DNA of 64,000 bases from Eledone cirrhosa (GCA_964016885.1 OZ024742.1:365242001-365306000), one strand, 5' to 3'; shown: positions 26,701 through 40,985, numbered from the stretch's first letter. Translations and numbers: made by a program. The notes: generated from the letters alone by a model not told the origin.

Positions 26701-27426
26701 TTAGCCGATGCATAATAGAGATGATTTAAATCAGTAATGTTTAGTTTGTTTGTGATGATAATGTTTTTGAGAATTATGTTAGTCTTGTGTATTATCTTTT
26801 GGTTCTGTTTGGAGTTCTGGATCTTAGGGAGGGTGTCTCGTTGCCCCATGTCAGATTCTTTCATTTTCATCCATTCGATCATAATTTCATCCCTCAAGTT
26901 GGCAAGTTCATTCTCATTCATTTCTTTATCATTTACGATCTCATTATTTTCATTTGGAGTTTCATCTTGAGCATGCACTCCCTCCACTTTTTCGATCCTT
27001 TCTTTAATTTGTTCTGTTGCCAGTGATTCCGCCCCAACCCTGGGATTCGAAGTGTTACAATTTAACTCGTTTTCACTGACACATGCTTCATTTTCCCTTC
27101 GCTGACTTTGTGCTAATAGTTTGATCTGATCAATTTCTATATCAGTTAGTAACTTTTTTTTTACAATATTTCTTCGTATATTGGCTAGTTTGTTACTGTC
27201 AATATAGCCTCTGTTTTCGGGATGTTTCTTTTTCCAGTTGATATATGTCTGTTCTGTATTCGATGTATTTGATGGGTAGTACATGGCAGTGTAGAAAGCC
27301 TCAAGGACTTCTTTATTATCTTCCCTTGACCACTTTTCTCTCTTTTTCTTTGGATTTCTTGGTGGTGAGCATGGAGGGCCAACAGTAGGAGTATTCCGGT
27401 TATGGGAGGTCTCCAGCTCCGAAGTG
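23754..27426 (-). mobile_element. Second, distinct R4/Dong-clade element; nearly intact with about two lesions
   Basis: [65 protein letters not shown]. (AAT)n at both ends. Confidence 0.93.
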
Positions 27427-27445
27427 ATTATTATTATTATTATTA

Positions 27446-27532
<87 letters not shown>
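27427..27532. repeat. (ATT)n microsatellite
   Basis: About 35 units seen directly. Confidence 0.97.
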
Positions 27533-27536
<4 letters not shown>

Positions 27537-27779
27537 CAGATCTGTGATAAGGTTGATTGATTAAACTATGTATTGTATAGAATTGCCCAGTAATGTTTCT
27601 AACCAATCAAACAGTTACATTTTAATGCAAATTTTCATTTTAAAAATGGAATAAAAAATGTGTTAAATCTGGAAAAGAACATTAACATGAGATACTAATT
27701 GTTGAATTCTGTGGCTGCAGAATTTGAAATTTGATATTTCCCATTGTAAATGGAGAGTGGAATAGAGAGAGAGGCAGGT

Positions 27780-27879
<100 letters not shown>

Positions 27880-28377
27880 GTGGCATAGCGAGAAGGAGAG
27901 AGAGAGATCAGGAGGAATTTATTGGCAAAACCAATTTACAATCAATAACGATGCTTTCCAAACAATAAAATATAAGAGAAAGAAAGTCGGAACAGGATAC
28001 CAATGTTTCCTTGGCCTTCTCATTATTGATACTATCTGCCGGTTACAACTCTCCACAGTAATATCACTGCTTATGTATAAATAAATTAAAACAGCTGATC
28101 GTCAGATCGGACTAAGGGAACAAACGTTTCCATTGGATTTTCCAAAAATGTTCACAGAATACACGAACAAACATTTTTTTATATAATATTGATTGATATA
28201 TCAGTCGAAACCGGTAATAAGTGACAACATTTAAATTCATTTTATAGAACAGATATGAAATTATTCATTCTCTCGGATTAAAGGAAAGAATATTCTTTAA
28301 ATATACCGCTATGCCTTTTCAATCTATCAGCATATATTCGAAAACGACCTAAAGAAAAAATATATATATATATAATA

Positions 28378-28885
28378 GTTTTGCGAGGTTTTTTATATGA
28401 AATCGTGTGTCGAAACAAATATTGTTATACTTGGGGAGGGTCATATTTATAACAGAATTAATAACAGAACACACTCACTGTTTGGTTGGTTTTCGCTTCT
28501 GTGTCTTTTATATCGGTTAATTTAATTTATTCGGTCCTCAATGTTGCCATTGACTGACCAACGGTCAAAAATACAGATACAATATAGACACAAACACATA
28601 TATATATAGTCTATCAAAGTTCTTTCGTTGCACATCTGCAACATCGTCAGTGTTGCTATTATGTTTCCTCCTGTTGCATTGTATGCTTACGCCATCTTTA
28701 TTTAGTCTGTTTATTTATTTATTTGTTTATTTTGTGTCTTCTCTGCGCATGCGTTTGCGTGTGTGTATAGTGTTTTGTTTGGTGTGTGTTCTTGTTTGGG
28801 TGACTGTGTATTGGTTAATGTATTCTATCTTAGTTTACTAGTGTGTGTTTATATATGTTTGTTGTTATTGTGGTTGTGTATGTAT

Positions 28886-28916
<31 letters not shown>

Positions 28917-29130
28917 TACTCTTAGGTCAGTGTTGTTTGTTTGGGTGTTGTTGTCATTCCATTCATTGTGTTGTTGTTATTCCAACAACACCCAAACAAA
29001 CAACACTGACCTAAGAGAAGTATAAATAAATAAATAAATAAATAAATACATATACAAGCACAATAACAACAAACACATATAAACACACACTAGTAAACTA
29101 AGATAGAATACATTAACCAATACATAAATA
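28378..29130 (-). mobile_element. Family D pLTR/3'UTR copy with internal inversion
   Basis: 28650-28966 is homologous to 36957-37258; 28980-29122 is an inverted copy of about 28810-28955. Confidence 0.7.
28611..28656 (-). ncRNA. Hammerhead motif (family D)
   Basis: Minus strand GCAACA-CTGACGA-T-GTTGCA(GATG)TGCAAC-GAAA-GAAC-TT-TGATAG; stem I partly decayed. Confidence 0.65.
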
Positions 29131-29251
29131 AATGTTTTGACGTTATACTGAAAAAATCCCTCTTGCATTTTCTAGTGTATTTTTATACGTTTTACTATTT
29201 GTTCTAAATGTTGTGTTACTACTTCTACCAAACTCGCCCCATGGACAGTGT

Positions 29252-29381
<130 letters not shown>

Positions 29382-29619
29382 CATGCTCGTATATTGTTAT
29401 GGTGGTTAGGGACGTCACTTCCTAGCCATCGGGTTTGGGGTTCTGTCCCGCTGCGCGCCACGTTGCGCAAGTATATCCTATTATACCTTCATAAATGTAG
29501 TCTGAGAGGAATTTGCCCGCATTGCAACCTATTTTCTCTTAGAAATTTGCTTTTATCTGATGAAGAATTAATGTCCGATACGTTAAACATTTATCTTTAT
29601 CCCCAAGCGGAAATTAGTG

Positions 29620-29673
<54 letters not shown>

Positions 29674-29759
29674 TCACTTATCAATAAATCCAATGAAGGA
29701 ATAATCAATCGTCCTTTTTATCCTTTCTATATATCTATATATATATATATATATATATA

Positions 29760-30231
<472 letters not shown>

Positions 30232-30280
30232 AAGATTGAAGAATAACATGGTCGGCTGTACAACAAGGGGTTTTATTTCG

Positions 30281-30393
30281 AGCATTAACAATTGTTTCAT
30301 TGATCAGGTGAGTTTAAAGGCCGCTAATCTCTCGAAGTTGCGTCTCTCAACCTTAAATACAGTGTTTACCTCTGATCAAATCATCAGAATACT
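30281..30393 (-). ncRNA. Type I hammerhead ribozyme (family C, inverted arm)
   Basis: AGTATT-CTGATGA-T-TTGATCAG...CTGATCAA-T-GAAA-CAATTG-TT-AATGCT. Confidence 0.85.
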
Positions 30394-31149
30394 AGAGATT
30401 TCACATATGGCAATGGTATATATAGAGATACAACGTAGAATCAAAACAATAACATCAATAATAAAATATAATGATAAAGAGGTAAAAAAGTTACAGATGT
30501 AAAAAATAAGTAAAAATAAAATAAGTAAAAAAATATAAGTACAGAATACGAGTGCTGATAATAGTGGTGTTAGTGAGCAGTGAATGTATAAAGATGTGAG
30601 GGTGGAGGTAATACTAACATGAAAAGCAACATTAGATACATACATACATACGTGGTGGTCAAAGGGTTAGAGGTACAGAGTACGAGGTCGTAACAAATGA
30701 CAGATAAAAGATAAAAAATAATAAATTAAAAATTGAGTGAGAGATACTCGGATGAGACATAAGGGATAGAGCTAAGGACGGGGAAGGAGGATTTGTATTT
30801 GTGTGTGGTAAATGTTTAGCATGCTGATTGTCTTATCTTAATGTGGTTGATGTGGCTTTAGGGAGAGAGAGAGTGAAAGAAAGGTTAGGAGATTTATGAT
30901 GTTGATCTAATGACCAGCCGGTCAGTTGACAGCTAATAACAGTGGGGTGGTATGTAGTCAGTACATTAAAATCCTGGTGGTTCAGCTCGAATTTTGGGAT
31001 TGCTGGGTTAAATCATGTTGGTTTGAAATTTGTGAACTTGGTAGCTCATCAGGGCGCATCGCAACAAAGTATCAATACACCTAAATCTCAGCCCATCCAT
31101 AACAACATACAAACCGCAGCGGAGAACCTGCACATAGGAAGGCCTCCAA

Positions 31150-31575
31150 CTGTAACTCCTACCTGCCGGATAAGTGCCCACTACAAAATAGATGCCTCTG
31201 AATCAAGTATTGTGTACCAGTGTACTATAAATTCAGGCAACTTAACATGGCACTACATAGGTTCTACGGCAGGGAGTTAAAAAAAGATAGTACGTCCACA
31301 GACACTCTATGAAGAACCGTAGACTAGAGAACTCAACAACGCTGGCCAATAAAATCTGGCAGCTTAGGGGCACAAAACAGGAATATGGGATTAGCTGGTC
31401 AAAATTATCGGGAGCAAGGGCCTACAACAATGGAATGTCATACTGTGGGCTTTGCAATATGGAGCTATTCCACATTTTAAAATATGATAAGGTGCTGCTT
31501 AACAGCAAAATAGAAAGATCAATGTTCTGTAGGAACAAAGCAGCTACCAAGTTCACAAATTTCAAACCAACATGA
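31150..31575 (+). pseudogene. GIY-YIG endonuclease (same Cys pattern as 11407-11790), disrupted
   Basis: SIVYQC..YIGSTAGS, TTLANKIWQLR, YCGLCNMELFHI, LLNSKIERSMFC. Confidence 0.85.
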
Positions 31576-32196
31576 TTCGACCCAGCAATCCCAAAATTCG
31601 AGCTGAACCACCAGGATTTTAATGTACTGACTACATACCACCCCACTGTTATTAGCTGTCAACTGACCGACTGGTCACTAGATCAACATCATAAATCTCC
31701 TAACCTTTCTTTCACTCTCTCTCTCCCTAAAGCAACATGAACCACATTAAGATAAGACAATCAGCATGCTAAACATTTACCACACACAAATACAAATCCT
31801 CCTTGCTCGTCCTTAGCCCTATCCCTTATGTCTCATCCTAGTATCTCTCACTCAATTTTTAATTTATTATTTTTTATCCTTTATCTGTCATTTGTTACTA
31901 CTTTTTATTCTCTACTGCTAATCCTCTGAGATTTGAGCACCACGTATGTATGTATCTAATGTTACTTTTCATGTTAGTATTACCTCCACCCTCACATCTT
32001 TATACATTCACTGCTCACTAACACCACTATTATCAGCACTCGTATTCTGTACTTATATTTTTTTACTTATTTTATTTTACTTATTTTTTACATCTGTAAC
32101 TTTTTTACCTCTTTATCATTATATTTTATTATTGATGTTATTGTTTTGATTCTACGTTGTATCTCCATATATACCATTGCCATATGTGAAATCTCT

Positions 32197-32309
32197 AGTA
32201 TTCTGATGATTTGATCAGAGGTAAACACTGTATTTAAGGTCGAGTGACGCAACTTCGAGAGATTAGCGACCTTTAGACTCACCTTATCAATGAAACAATT
32301 GTTAATGCT
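32197..32309 (+). ncRNA. Type I hammerhead ribozyme (family C)
   Basis: CTGATGA 32203-09, ~80-nt stem II domain, GAAA 32292-95, palindrome ACAATTGT, GTT triplet, stem I AGTATT/AATGCT. Confidence 0.8.
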
Positions 32310-32546
32310 CGAAATAAAACCCCTTGTTGTGCAGCCGACCATGTTATTCTTCAATCTTTCAGTATTATTACTCCAAGTATAACCTGCATAGGAATTCTCG
32401 CGAACTAGCTACCTAACTAGGGAAACATTTTGTTGAGTCAAACAACGCCGTAGGTTAAAACTATCCACAATACAGAGTACTCACAACCTCTAACTGGATT
32501 ACCTATAACGATAACTTGTTATCCCATATATATATATATATATATA

Positions 32547-32710
32547 GGATCAGAAGATCCCGTTAAGGGTGAAAGCAGCGATTCTTTGCTTAAATTTTAA
32601 TCTGTTATTTTAATAAATATTTGCTCTACGGTTCTTATATATTTGATATATATTTATCCTTATCGAGCCCTCTTTGGATTTTAGTCTTCAAATTTATTAT
32701 TATTACTATA
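32547..32710 (+). mobile_element. Family G 3' fragment starting at the CAGAAGA hammerhead core
   Basis: Matches 3738-3792 and then continues into the tail; (TA)n flanks. Confidence 0.65.
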
Positions 32711-32723
32711 TATATATATATAT

Positions 32724-33251
32724 AGTTAAAAGAATAGAGGTGTAACACACAAGTTATTATATATTGGTAAACGGAATAGAAAATGCTGACAAATTGTTCA
32801 CAGTTGAAAAATGGTTTAATTAGGAATAAAAGAGTATTAGTGATTGTATGGGTTAGTATTCAGTTGTGGTTTTAAGTTAAGTTTTTACCGGTTGCGCATT
32901 TCTAAATGCTTTTCAAAAATAATTTTGAGATAGAGTGTCCGTGTTGTTTGCTCTGATCTGATTAGTTTTGGGAATTCTGCCTGTTTTTATGTTAAAAAAG
33001 TGGCTCCAGCGCTACTTTGGTGTTGCAAAAATTCTTGTGGTCAAAACAATTTTGATTGGTCGGTAGAGGTCATGTGAATGTAAAAAATTGATTTTGCGCC
33101 AAGACTGTTTTTATGTTAGAAAACTGGCTCCAGCGCTACTTGGTGTTTGCAAAAATTCTTGTGGTCAAAACAATTTTGATTGGTCGGTAGAGGTCATGTG
33201 AATAAAAAATTGATTTTGCGCCAAGACTGAGAAACGACTCTTTCACAACAA

Positions 33252-33323
<72 letters not shown>

Positions 33324-33395
33324 TAGTAGTATTAGTAAGGTGTTCGATGTTGTGATAATGGTTAGCAGGGATATGTGTCAAATGGCTATTAAGAT

Positions 33396-33441
<46 letters not shown>

Positions 33442-35476
33442 GTGTGCGTGTGTGTGTGTGTATAGCAGAGTAATTTGTGGTAGCAGGGATGGTCAGTAGA
33501 AATGTGTCTGTAAGCAGTGGGGGGTATTTTAGCATGTCAAAAAATGTTTTTCAGCTTTTGTCTTATACGGAGAAGTGTGTGTGTATGTATGTGTATAAGT
33601 CTCTTTGTATGTTAATGTACGCGTGTGTATGTGTGTGTGTGGGTGGACCAGTATTTTTTCCTCCTGGTAAAATGGTGTACATTATTCGATTTTTTCAGTA
33701 AAATCGGTTCTCTTAATAGAACATCAAAAATCTTAACAATAAAAGGTGTGAAATGATATTCACTATATATATATATATATATATACATACACATATATTC
33801 ACTACATACATATATATATATATATATATACACATATATTTTTTTGTGTTGCACCATAGAGCATGTGTGTTTACGTATGTCATTGTGTTTATATGTGGGT
33901 AGAGATGTGTGCTGATGTAGGTATGTATGTTGACGTGTGTATGTTGTGGGTTCGTCTTAGGGAGAAGTGTTTAGACGGAGTCCGTATTTGTTAATGAAGT
34001 AAGATTCCTTGCTGATGCGCTGGGTGTGGGTGGCATTATCTTTAAATTTGTAGAGGGGAAAGATTCTGAAGTTGGGATGATTTGGGGCGGCACAGGTATC
34101 AATGTGTTCACTCAGTGGTATTTTCCTGTATTCCCGTATTTTAATTTGGGATCTATGGACAGTCATGCGTTGGCGGAGGCTGTTTTTGGTCTGGCCTATG
34201 TATTGTTCTCGACAACCTGAGCAAGTTAATACATGTATTAGATTTTCCGATGCACATGTGAAATTGTGTTTTACTATAAAACGTTGTCCTTCTTTGAAAT
34301 AGAATTCCGAACCCTCTATTAGGTTGATGCAAATGCCACAGTTGGGTCTATCGCATTTTTTTACTGTGGGTTTCGTTGTTGTGGTTGGCAGTACTTTGGC
34401 ATGTGTTAGGATGTTTTTCATTGACTTGGATTGTCTTTTGCTCTTTATGATATCGTGTGTTCGTAGGATTTGGTTCATTCTATGGTCCTTTTTCAACACA
34501 GGGATGTTCTGAGGGATGGTCTCAAAGGCCTCATTGTTGAGGGGGTTGTGTTGGAGATGTATGGAAGAGCTTTTAGTTTCGGTTGATTTACTTTAGGTTG
34601 TCTAAGGTCCTGGGTACTGAGCTTTAGGGCACGTTGGATTCCATTGTCAATTAGTGATGCAGTGTAGTCCCTGCCTATGAGTGTGTCCTTTAGTTCTTGT
34701 AACCGTAAGTAGCAGGTGTTTTATTGGAGACTATAGTACAGATTCTCTTGGCTAAGTTGTAGGGAATATTAATTTTAACGTGTCTAGGGTGGCAAGAGTT
34801 GAAAGGGAGATATTGCTTGGAGTCTGTGGGCTTGTAGTATATGTCTGTTTCTATGAGGATGTCGAGGAAGGGGAGTTGTTGATGGCTGTATTCCATCGTG
34901 AAGTTAATATTCGTGTTGAGCCCATTTATAAGGGTGTGAAATTCTTTAAGTTTTTCGATGTTTTCGTGCCAAAGGATGAAGCAGTCATCTAGATATCGCT
35001 TCCAGTTCCTTTCAATGTGTAAGTGGAGGGTGTTTCCAAATTTGTTTAGGACTTTAGTGTAGAGGGTGATCTCCAGGTATCCCATGACTAGAAACACCAA
35101 GTAGCGCTGGAGCCACTTTTCTAACATAAAACGGTCTTGGCGCAAAATCAATTTTTTACATTCACATGACCTCTACTGACCAATCAAAATTGTTTTGACC
35201 ACAAGAATTTTTGCAACACCAAAGTAGCGCTGGAGCCACTTTTTTAACATAAAAACAGGTAGAATTCCCAAAACTAATCAGATCAGAGCAAACAACACGG
35301 ACACTCTATCTCAAAATTATTTTTGAAAAGCATTTAGAAATGCGCAACCGGTAAAAACTTAAAAACTTAACACCACAACTGAATACTAACCCATACAATT
35401 ACTAATACTCTTTTATTCCTAATTAAACCATTTTTCAACTGTGAACAATTTGTCAGCATTTTCTATTCCGTTTACC

Positions 35477-35477
<1 letters not shown>
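32724..35477 (-). mobile_element. 5'-truncated Neptune-like Penelope element (family E) with inverted pLTR
   Basis: RT WKRYLDDCF, LPFLD, YYKPTDSKQYL..SCHP (34690-35090); CDRPNCGIC finger and LIH..C..C..YIGQT..R..H GIY-YIG (33957-34499). 35092-35477 is inverted relative to 32766-33150. Confidence 0.9.
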
Positions 35478-35507
<30 letters not shown>

Positions 35508-35751
35508 TGTGTGTGTGTGTATGTTTTATCTATGTAGGCATGTATGTATGTGTGTATGTGTGCCTGTGTGTGGGTAGGGGCCTAAATCTTATCGTTTGTG
35601 ATCCAGCACAATACACCATTGCTATCATTAATCTTATACTGGAAATACAGTACCATAATATCAACCACTCAACCTAATAATTAAATACAACAATACAACA
35701 ATAAAAACAATCTACTCCTCAACAGAAAGCTAGATCATTACCAATATTAAC

Positions 35752-36054
35752 CTATCCACAGCCGATAGCAGACAGATGTCTGGTCGACTGTAAAATCAGC
35801 TTCAGTGTATCTATATTTTGATTATTTTTCATTTTACCCCGTATAAACACTTTCAAACGTTGCTCAAACGAATAAATGATCTTCCTTATCTGTAATATAA
35901 ATTGATTGAGAGCAGAGTACTTTATATATTCCTGTTGATAGCCACTTATCTTTCTGATAAAGTTAATCATTTCATCCATAAAGAAACTATATCCACTGTT
36001 CTGTAAATATGTACATACCCACGAGGAGAGAAAAAGTGTCGCCTGTCTCAACAA
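35752..36054 (-). CDS. Possible host exon or unrecognised coding remnant
   Basis: 100 stop-free codons of non-repetitive composition in AT-rich DNA; no motif recognised. Confidence 0.25.
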   Translation of the reverse strand: MLRQATLFLSSWVCTYLQNSGYSFFMDEMINFIRKISGYQQEYIKYSALNQFILQIRKIIYSFEQRLKVFIRGKMKNNQNIDTLKLILQSTRHLSAIGCG

Positions 36055-36667
36055 AAGTAAGTCTCACTATATATTTTAACTCATGTCAGTCGTTCTATGG
36101 TGTGCTTTGGACAAATATGGGATCGTCCATACTTAATTACATTAAGGAGGATCTTTAGAGACAAAGCTTTATAATCAGTACATTATTGATTATTTACCGA
36201 CATTGAAGGGATAAGATGAAATGTGAAACCCATTGGGATTTCTATACAAAACATAAATAGATTTAAATAAATGATTTTCGGTTCCCATTATTTCTCCCAG
36301 CAACAATATTTCCAGTTAGAATACTTATATATATTTATTAGTTGTGTAGCGCAGAAATAGATATTGTATTAGACCTTCAAAATGGCGTCTAAGTAACAAT
36401 ACCTGTTTATTGTAATAGTCGCCATTACTGCTTTAGCAAATGCGAGATGCAACACATACCCGCGTATAAATTACTGTTGCCCTCGAATGGATGAGGTAGA
36501 CGTGGAAATAAAAATAAGTATTATTGCCACTAATATGTATTATAGTTAGACCTAATTGTAGTTATATTACCTGCCTATAACAGTAACACAGAGCAGATGC
36601 AAGACTCTACCGATTAGATGTGGGGATTGCAAACACAAAGAAATGTATAATACAATGTTACATACAA

Positions 36668-36721
<54 letters not shown>

Positions 36722-36731
36722 AACAAGTATG

Positions 36732-36826
36732 ACTCCGACGGCAGAGCTCAAGCCGTTTCGACGGCTAATTCTGGACTAAATAAGAATGTTTAGCCTGGTA
36801 AATAAATTACCGACCTTTTCAGGGTT
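36732..36826 (-). ncRNA. Family A hammerhead-like motif, longest copy (core CTGAAAA, probably mutated)
   Basis: AACC-CTGAAAA-branched stem II-GAAA-CGGC..GCCG-TC-GGAGT; stem I weak. Confidence 0.5.
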
Positions 36827-36956
36827 AATTCCTTATATGGGAAGATAGTAATTGTCAAAAGGATTGGTTAAACATTTGTTGAAAAGACAAATGATTCTAT
36901 CATGGCATTTGGTGGGAGGTAGGGGTAGCTGAGCTTGTCGGTAGAACAAAGAGGGA

Positions 36957-38932
36957 GTGGTACTATTATGTTCCTCCTGTTGTATTGTATATCTACGCCA
37001 TTTTTATTTTATCTGTTTATTTATTTATTTATTTTTGTCTTCTCTGCGCATGCGTTTACGTGTGTGTATAGTGTTTGGTGTGTGTTCGCTTTTGGGTGAG
37101 TGTGTTTTGGTTATTGTATTCTATCTTAGTTTACTAGTGTTTGTTTATATGTGTTTGTTGTTATTGTGCTTGTGTATATATTTATTTACTTATTTATTTA
37201 TTTATATTTCTCTTAGGTCAGTGTTGTTTGTTTGGGTGTTGTTGTTATTCCATTCATTTATTCTGTTTAGCTTTGGCCTTCTAATTTCTATTTCACTGGC
37301 CTCTGTCATTTGCCTATCTGCTGGGTCATTTCTATGTTTAGATATTATTCTAATTTCTATGTTGTCTATGTTACCGTCGTGTTGTTGTCTGGCGTGTTCG
37401 TATAGTACTGAACCGTTTTTCGTCCTTTTAGTTCCCCCTAGTTTTGGTCTATCCTTTCTCCTATGCTACGAGCTGTCTCGCCTATGTATGTTGTTGTCAT
37501 GTTTCTGCAAGTACCCTCTGTACATCTTATACTATAGACTACGTTTCTAGTTTTACAGTTTATCCGAGGGTTTACTTTACATATAACACATATCCTATTA
37601 GTACAGTGGGTTTTCTTAAAAGGGTATGTTTTGTTGATCAGGGATTTTATGGTAGTTCCTGGCTTTTCTACCACCTTAATCTTTAAGTGGGTCTTTCTCA
37701 GGGCCTTTCTACACTGGCTAGCTAATTTCCGTCCGAGGGTAGCGTCCACGAACATGACACTCTGGTATCTCTGGTTGACGTACCATGAAGTGGCTTTTCC
37801 TATCTTATGGTTAGTCCTCTCTAAGCTATTCCATGATTTGCTCCTGTATAATGGGCAAATTCCTTTCATGTCCAGTTCTATGAGGGTCTTATACTTCTCC
37901 GTGGCTCTTTTGTATACTCTGATTCCGTCTCTTTGGTTGTGGCCAGAGAACTGCCTGCGGTTGATGAAGTGTTGGATGTATCTTTCCATTTCTGTTGGGT
38001 CGCACATGCGAGACACATTCTTCATCACTTGTACCAAGTCTGCGATCAGAATATTAAATTTAGCACTACTGGACATTGCTGAGTTTTTTAGTATCAGGTA
38101 TTTGGAGGCCATGGGTTTAGCGTAGTGTGAGTGGAGAATTTGGGCCCTCTCGTCTATAGTGTTATTCCAGAGTTCTGGGTCTATTACAGGTAGTCTACTT
38201 TTAGGGTGTTTGGAAGGGTAGTCGATAGTTACAGTTATAGTCTGGTGTATGGAGTTAGCTATTTGCTGGATGCTTTCCATTGTGCTACATTCTAAATCAT
38301 ACATATTAGTACTCTCTTGTGAGGGTATCCTTATTACTATATTAATATCTTCTACGTAACGAGAGTAAATGATTAGGTCTATGGAGCTCTCATCAAGGAG
38401 ATCTTTGAGTCTCCTTTCCCACCATACCATAAAAGGTTTGGCAACGTCACCAGCTATGCTGACGCCAATGGCTGCTCCCTCACTTTGGGTGTAGATCTTC
38501 TCGTTGAATTTGAATATGTGGCCCTTTAGGGTAGTTTTAATACTAGCCCATATTGCATGCGCGAGACCATTTTTCTTACCTCATCATTGTTTTGGGGTTC
38601 TGTATGGCTTTGGTCCACCCAACCCACCTTCCCATGGGAGTCTATTTTGCCATTGAGGTTATGGAGGTGGGTCTACCTCTTATGGGTCTACTGGGGCAGA
38701 AACGGCTAAGGTTATGGCTGTCTAGGTAGTCGGTGTCATAGGTAAGTCTAAGTAGGAGGCCCAGTTCATCTGTGTCGACGTCGCAGAACTCCACCTTACT
38801 CTCACTGATCATCACCACACATTTTTCCACAGCAAAATCAATGTTAATGGATGGGTATAGTGATACTACGTCCATACTGTCTATTATGCAGTTGGATAGG
38901 TTTTTGTATTTGTTGTATTCATTGATATGAGA
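36957..38932 (-). mobile_element. Decayed Penelope-like element (RT + GIY-YIG), coding parent of family D pLTRs
   Basis: SMDVVSLYPSI, GAAIG, YSRYVED, HYAKPMAS, C..C..C..C, NVVYSIRC..YIGETARSIGER. 3'UTR homologous to 28650-28966. Confidence 0.88.
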
Positions 38933-39101
38933 ATTGGTAACGTCGTTAGATCGTCTGATTTTATGCTTTGTGCTATTCCTCAAATTTGCATTTCATATTT
39001 TTGAGATCAATACAAAATGTCCCGTACTGCGGTCGATTCTTCTGCTATTTTTCTGTTTCATTTCCTCTCTGGTATGTATGTATATATATATATATATATA
39101 C

Positions 39102-39129
<28 letters not shown>

Positions 39130-39138
<9 letters not shown>

Positions 39139-39305
39139 GTGAGGTTTTTTTACAAAATAAGAAATAACCGAGGTGTCCTACACGAGTGAAAGTATAAAGA
39201 AAAAAAGATGAAATCGAAAATGCAACTGGAGTCTTATTTAAAAAAAATATATATATATTTATTTTAAAATAAGACTCCAGTGCATTTTCGATTTCATCTT
39301 TTTTT

Positions 39306-39310
<5 letters not shown>
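39130..39310 (-). mobile_element. Short inverted-arm insertion in (TA)n (family H)
   Basis: 39193-39243 is inverted relative to 39262-39311, with a unique ~60-nt tail. Confidence 0.45.
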
Positions 39311-39359
<49 letters not shown>

Positions 39360-39648
39360 CTCTTTTACCTGTTCCAGCTATCCGGCTGGGGTCATGCTGG
39401 GGCATATATATGATGTCTGATAGTCTACAGTTATATAACCGCTATAAATAAGTCAGTATATCAATATGATCAACCCTCCGAAACGATCGGCAAACAATGA
39501 TATGAATAGGTAAAATAACTTGACTTTGTTGTTATTATTTAATATCTAATATTTGACTCTGTATCGAAGGTATTAACTCAGCGGAACACGGAATCTTTCT
39601 ATGGATTTCACGAAGAGAAGACCACATCAAATATATACATATATATAC

Positions 39649-39832
<184 letters not shown>

Positions 39833-39841
39833 CATCATATA

Positions 39842-40355
39842 TCATCAAGCCGACGGCTCTTTCGACTTCACCGACAAGGATGGGTGGCACATTTTCTTCC
39901 TGTTGGAGTGACGGCAACCGCTGCACATTCCCGGCAGACTTGAAGAGCTTGGTGTAGAAGTTTTCGCAAACCTTTTCCACCTCACTCTTGTCGCTGACCG
40001 GTACTCCAGCTGTGTTTTTCAGGATCGTCACCTCCGATCTGTACATTGTCATGTCCCTCTCGAATTTCTTGAGGCTCTTCTTTTCCTTTGCGGCCTTCAG
40101 GAGCTTCTCCATCCGGTATGCCTCGAAAGACACCAGGGAAAGATGGCATAACATTGGAGGTTTGAAGTCAGGCGGAGAGCAGCTCTGGAAAATCCTCGCC
40201 GAGTGATTCACACACTATCTGGGTGAGGGAAGAATACCCTCACAGTGGAAAGAGTCGAATACCATCCTGCTATACAAAAAGGGCGATAGAGAAGATCTGA
40301 AGAACTACCGACCCATATGCCTGCTGTCTCACGTGTACAAGCTGTTCACGAAGAT
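39842..40355. mobile_element. RTE LINE fragments in inverted arrangement, same family as 8733-9370
   Basis: 39842-40126 is near-identical to 8893-9177; the plus segment encodes ILLYKKGDREDLKNYRPICLLSHVYKLFTKI. Confidence 0.85.
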
Positions 40356-40365
40356 ACCACTAATG

Positions 40366-40980
40366 TTTTAAAACATTAGTGGTATCTTATACCCTCGTAA
40401 TTTTAGACACGAAATTTACTGTGTTTATTTATCCATATATATTACTATATAATGCTCGGTATTTATACTTTCAGCTTGTTTTAATTGCAGGGTACCTATA
40501 TGAGTAAATACTTCTATATTTGATTTGTATTTCGGCTCCTTGAATGGGTGAGCTTATAAACTGAGTGGGATAAGGCTATTATTTCTAGCATAACTACTCA
40601 TACCACGTATAGCGTGCAGACCACGAGGAACATATCTTTGGTCCTCAAATTGCTGTTAGAGGTGTTTTGTTTCATTTGATCTAACCCTCGCTGATGATAG
40701 CCTACAGATTATCTGTTACAAACACAATTTTTCAGGGCGAAAAATCTGTCCGAGAGATGAAATGTTTTTGATACGGTCAGTATAAAATTACTATATCATA
40801 CTGTATGGTTAAGATTACATTTTTAAAACATTAGTGGTATCTTATACCCTCGTAATTTTAAGCACGAGATTTACTGCGTTTATGTATACATATATATTAC
40901 TATATAATGCTCGGTATTTATACTTTGAGCTTGTTTTAATTGCAGGGTACCTATATGAGTTAATAACTCTATATTTTATT

Positions 40981-40985
<5 letters not shown>
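40366..40985 (+). mobile_element. 455-bp partial-tandem unit with decayed hammerhead at 40687-40754 (family J)
   Basis: 40366-40530 is repeated at 40821-40985. CTCG-CTGATGA...GGC-GAAA-AATCT-GTC-CGAG. Confidence 0.65.

Noticed and set aside
28191-28221. Hairpin-GAAA-CCGG-TA hammerhead 3' half
   Set aside because: No CUGANGA upstream; a single copy.
29551-29590. CTGATGA...GATACGTT
   Set aside because: GATA instead of GAAA and weak helices; at best a decayed motif.
31150-31575. Selenocysteine recoding in the Naiad-like endonucleases
   Set aside because: The internal disruptions are TAA/TAG or frameshifts, not in-frame TGA at Cys positions.
35318-35355. TTGAAAA-GCATTTA-GAAA-TGCGCA-AC in the family E pLTR as a U3-A8 hammerhead
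   Set aside because: No U16.1 and no stem I or II; the related copy at about 5645-5670 reads GTGAAAA.
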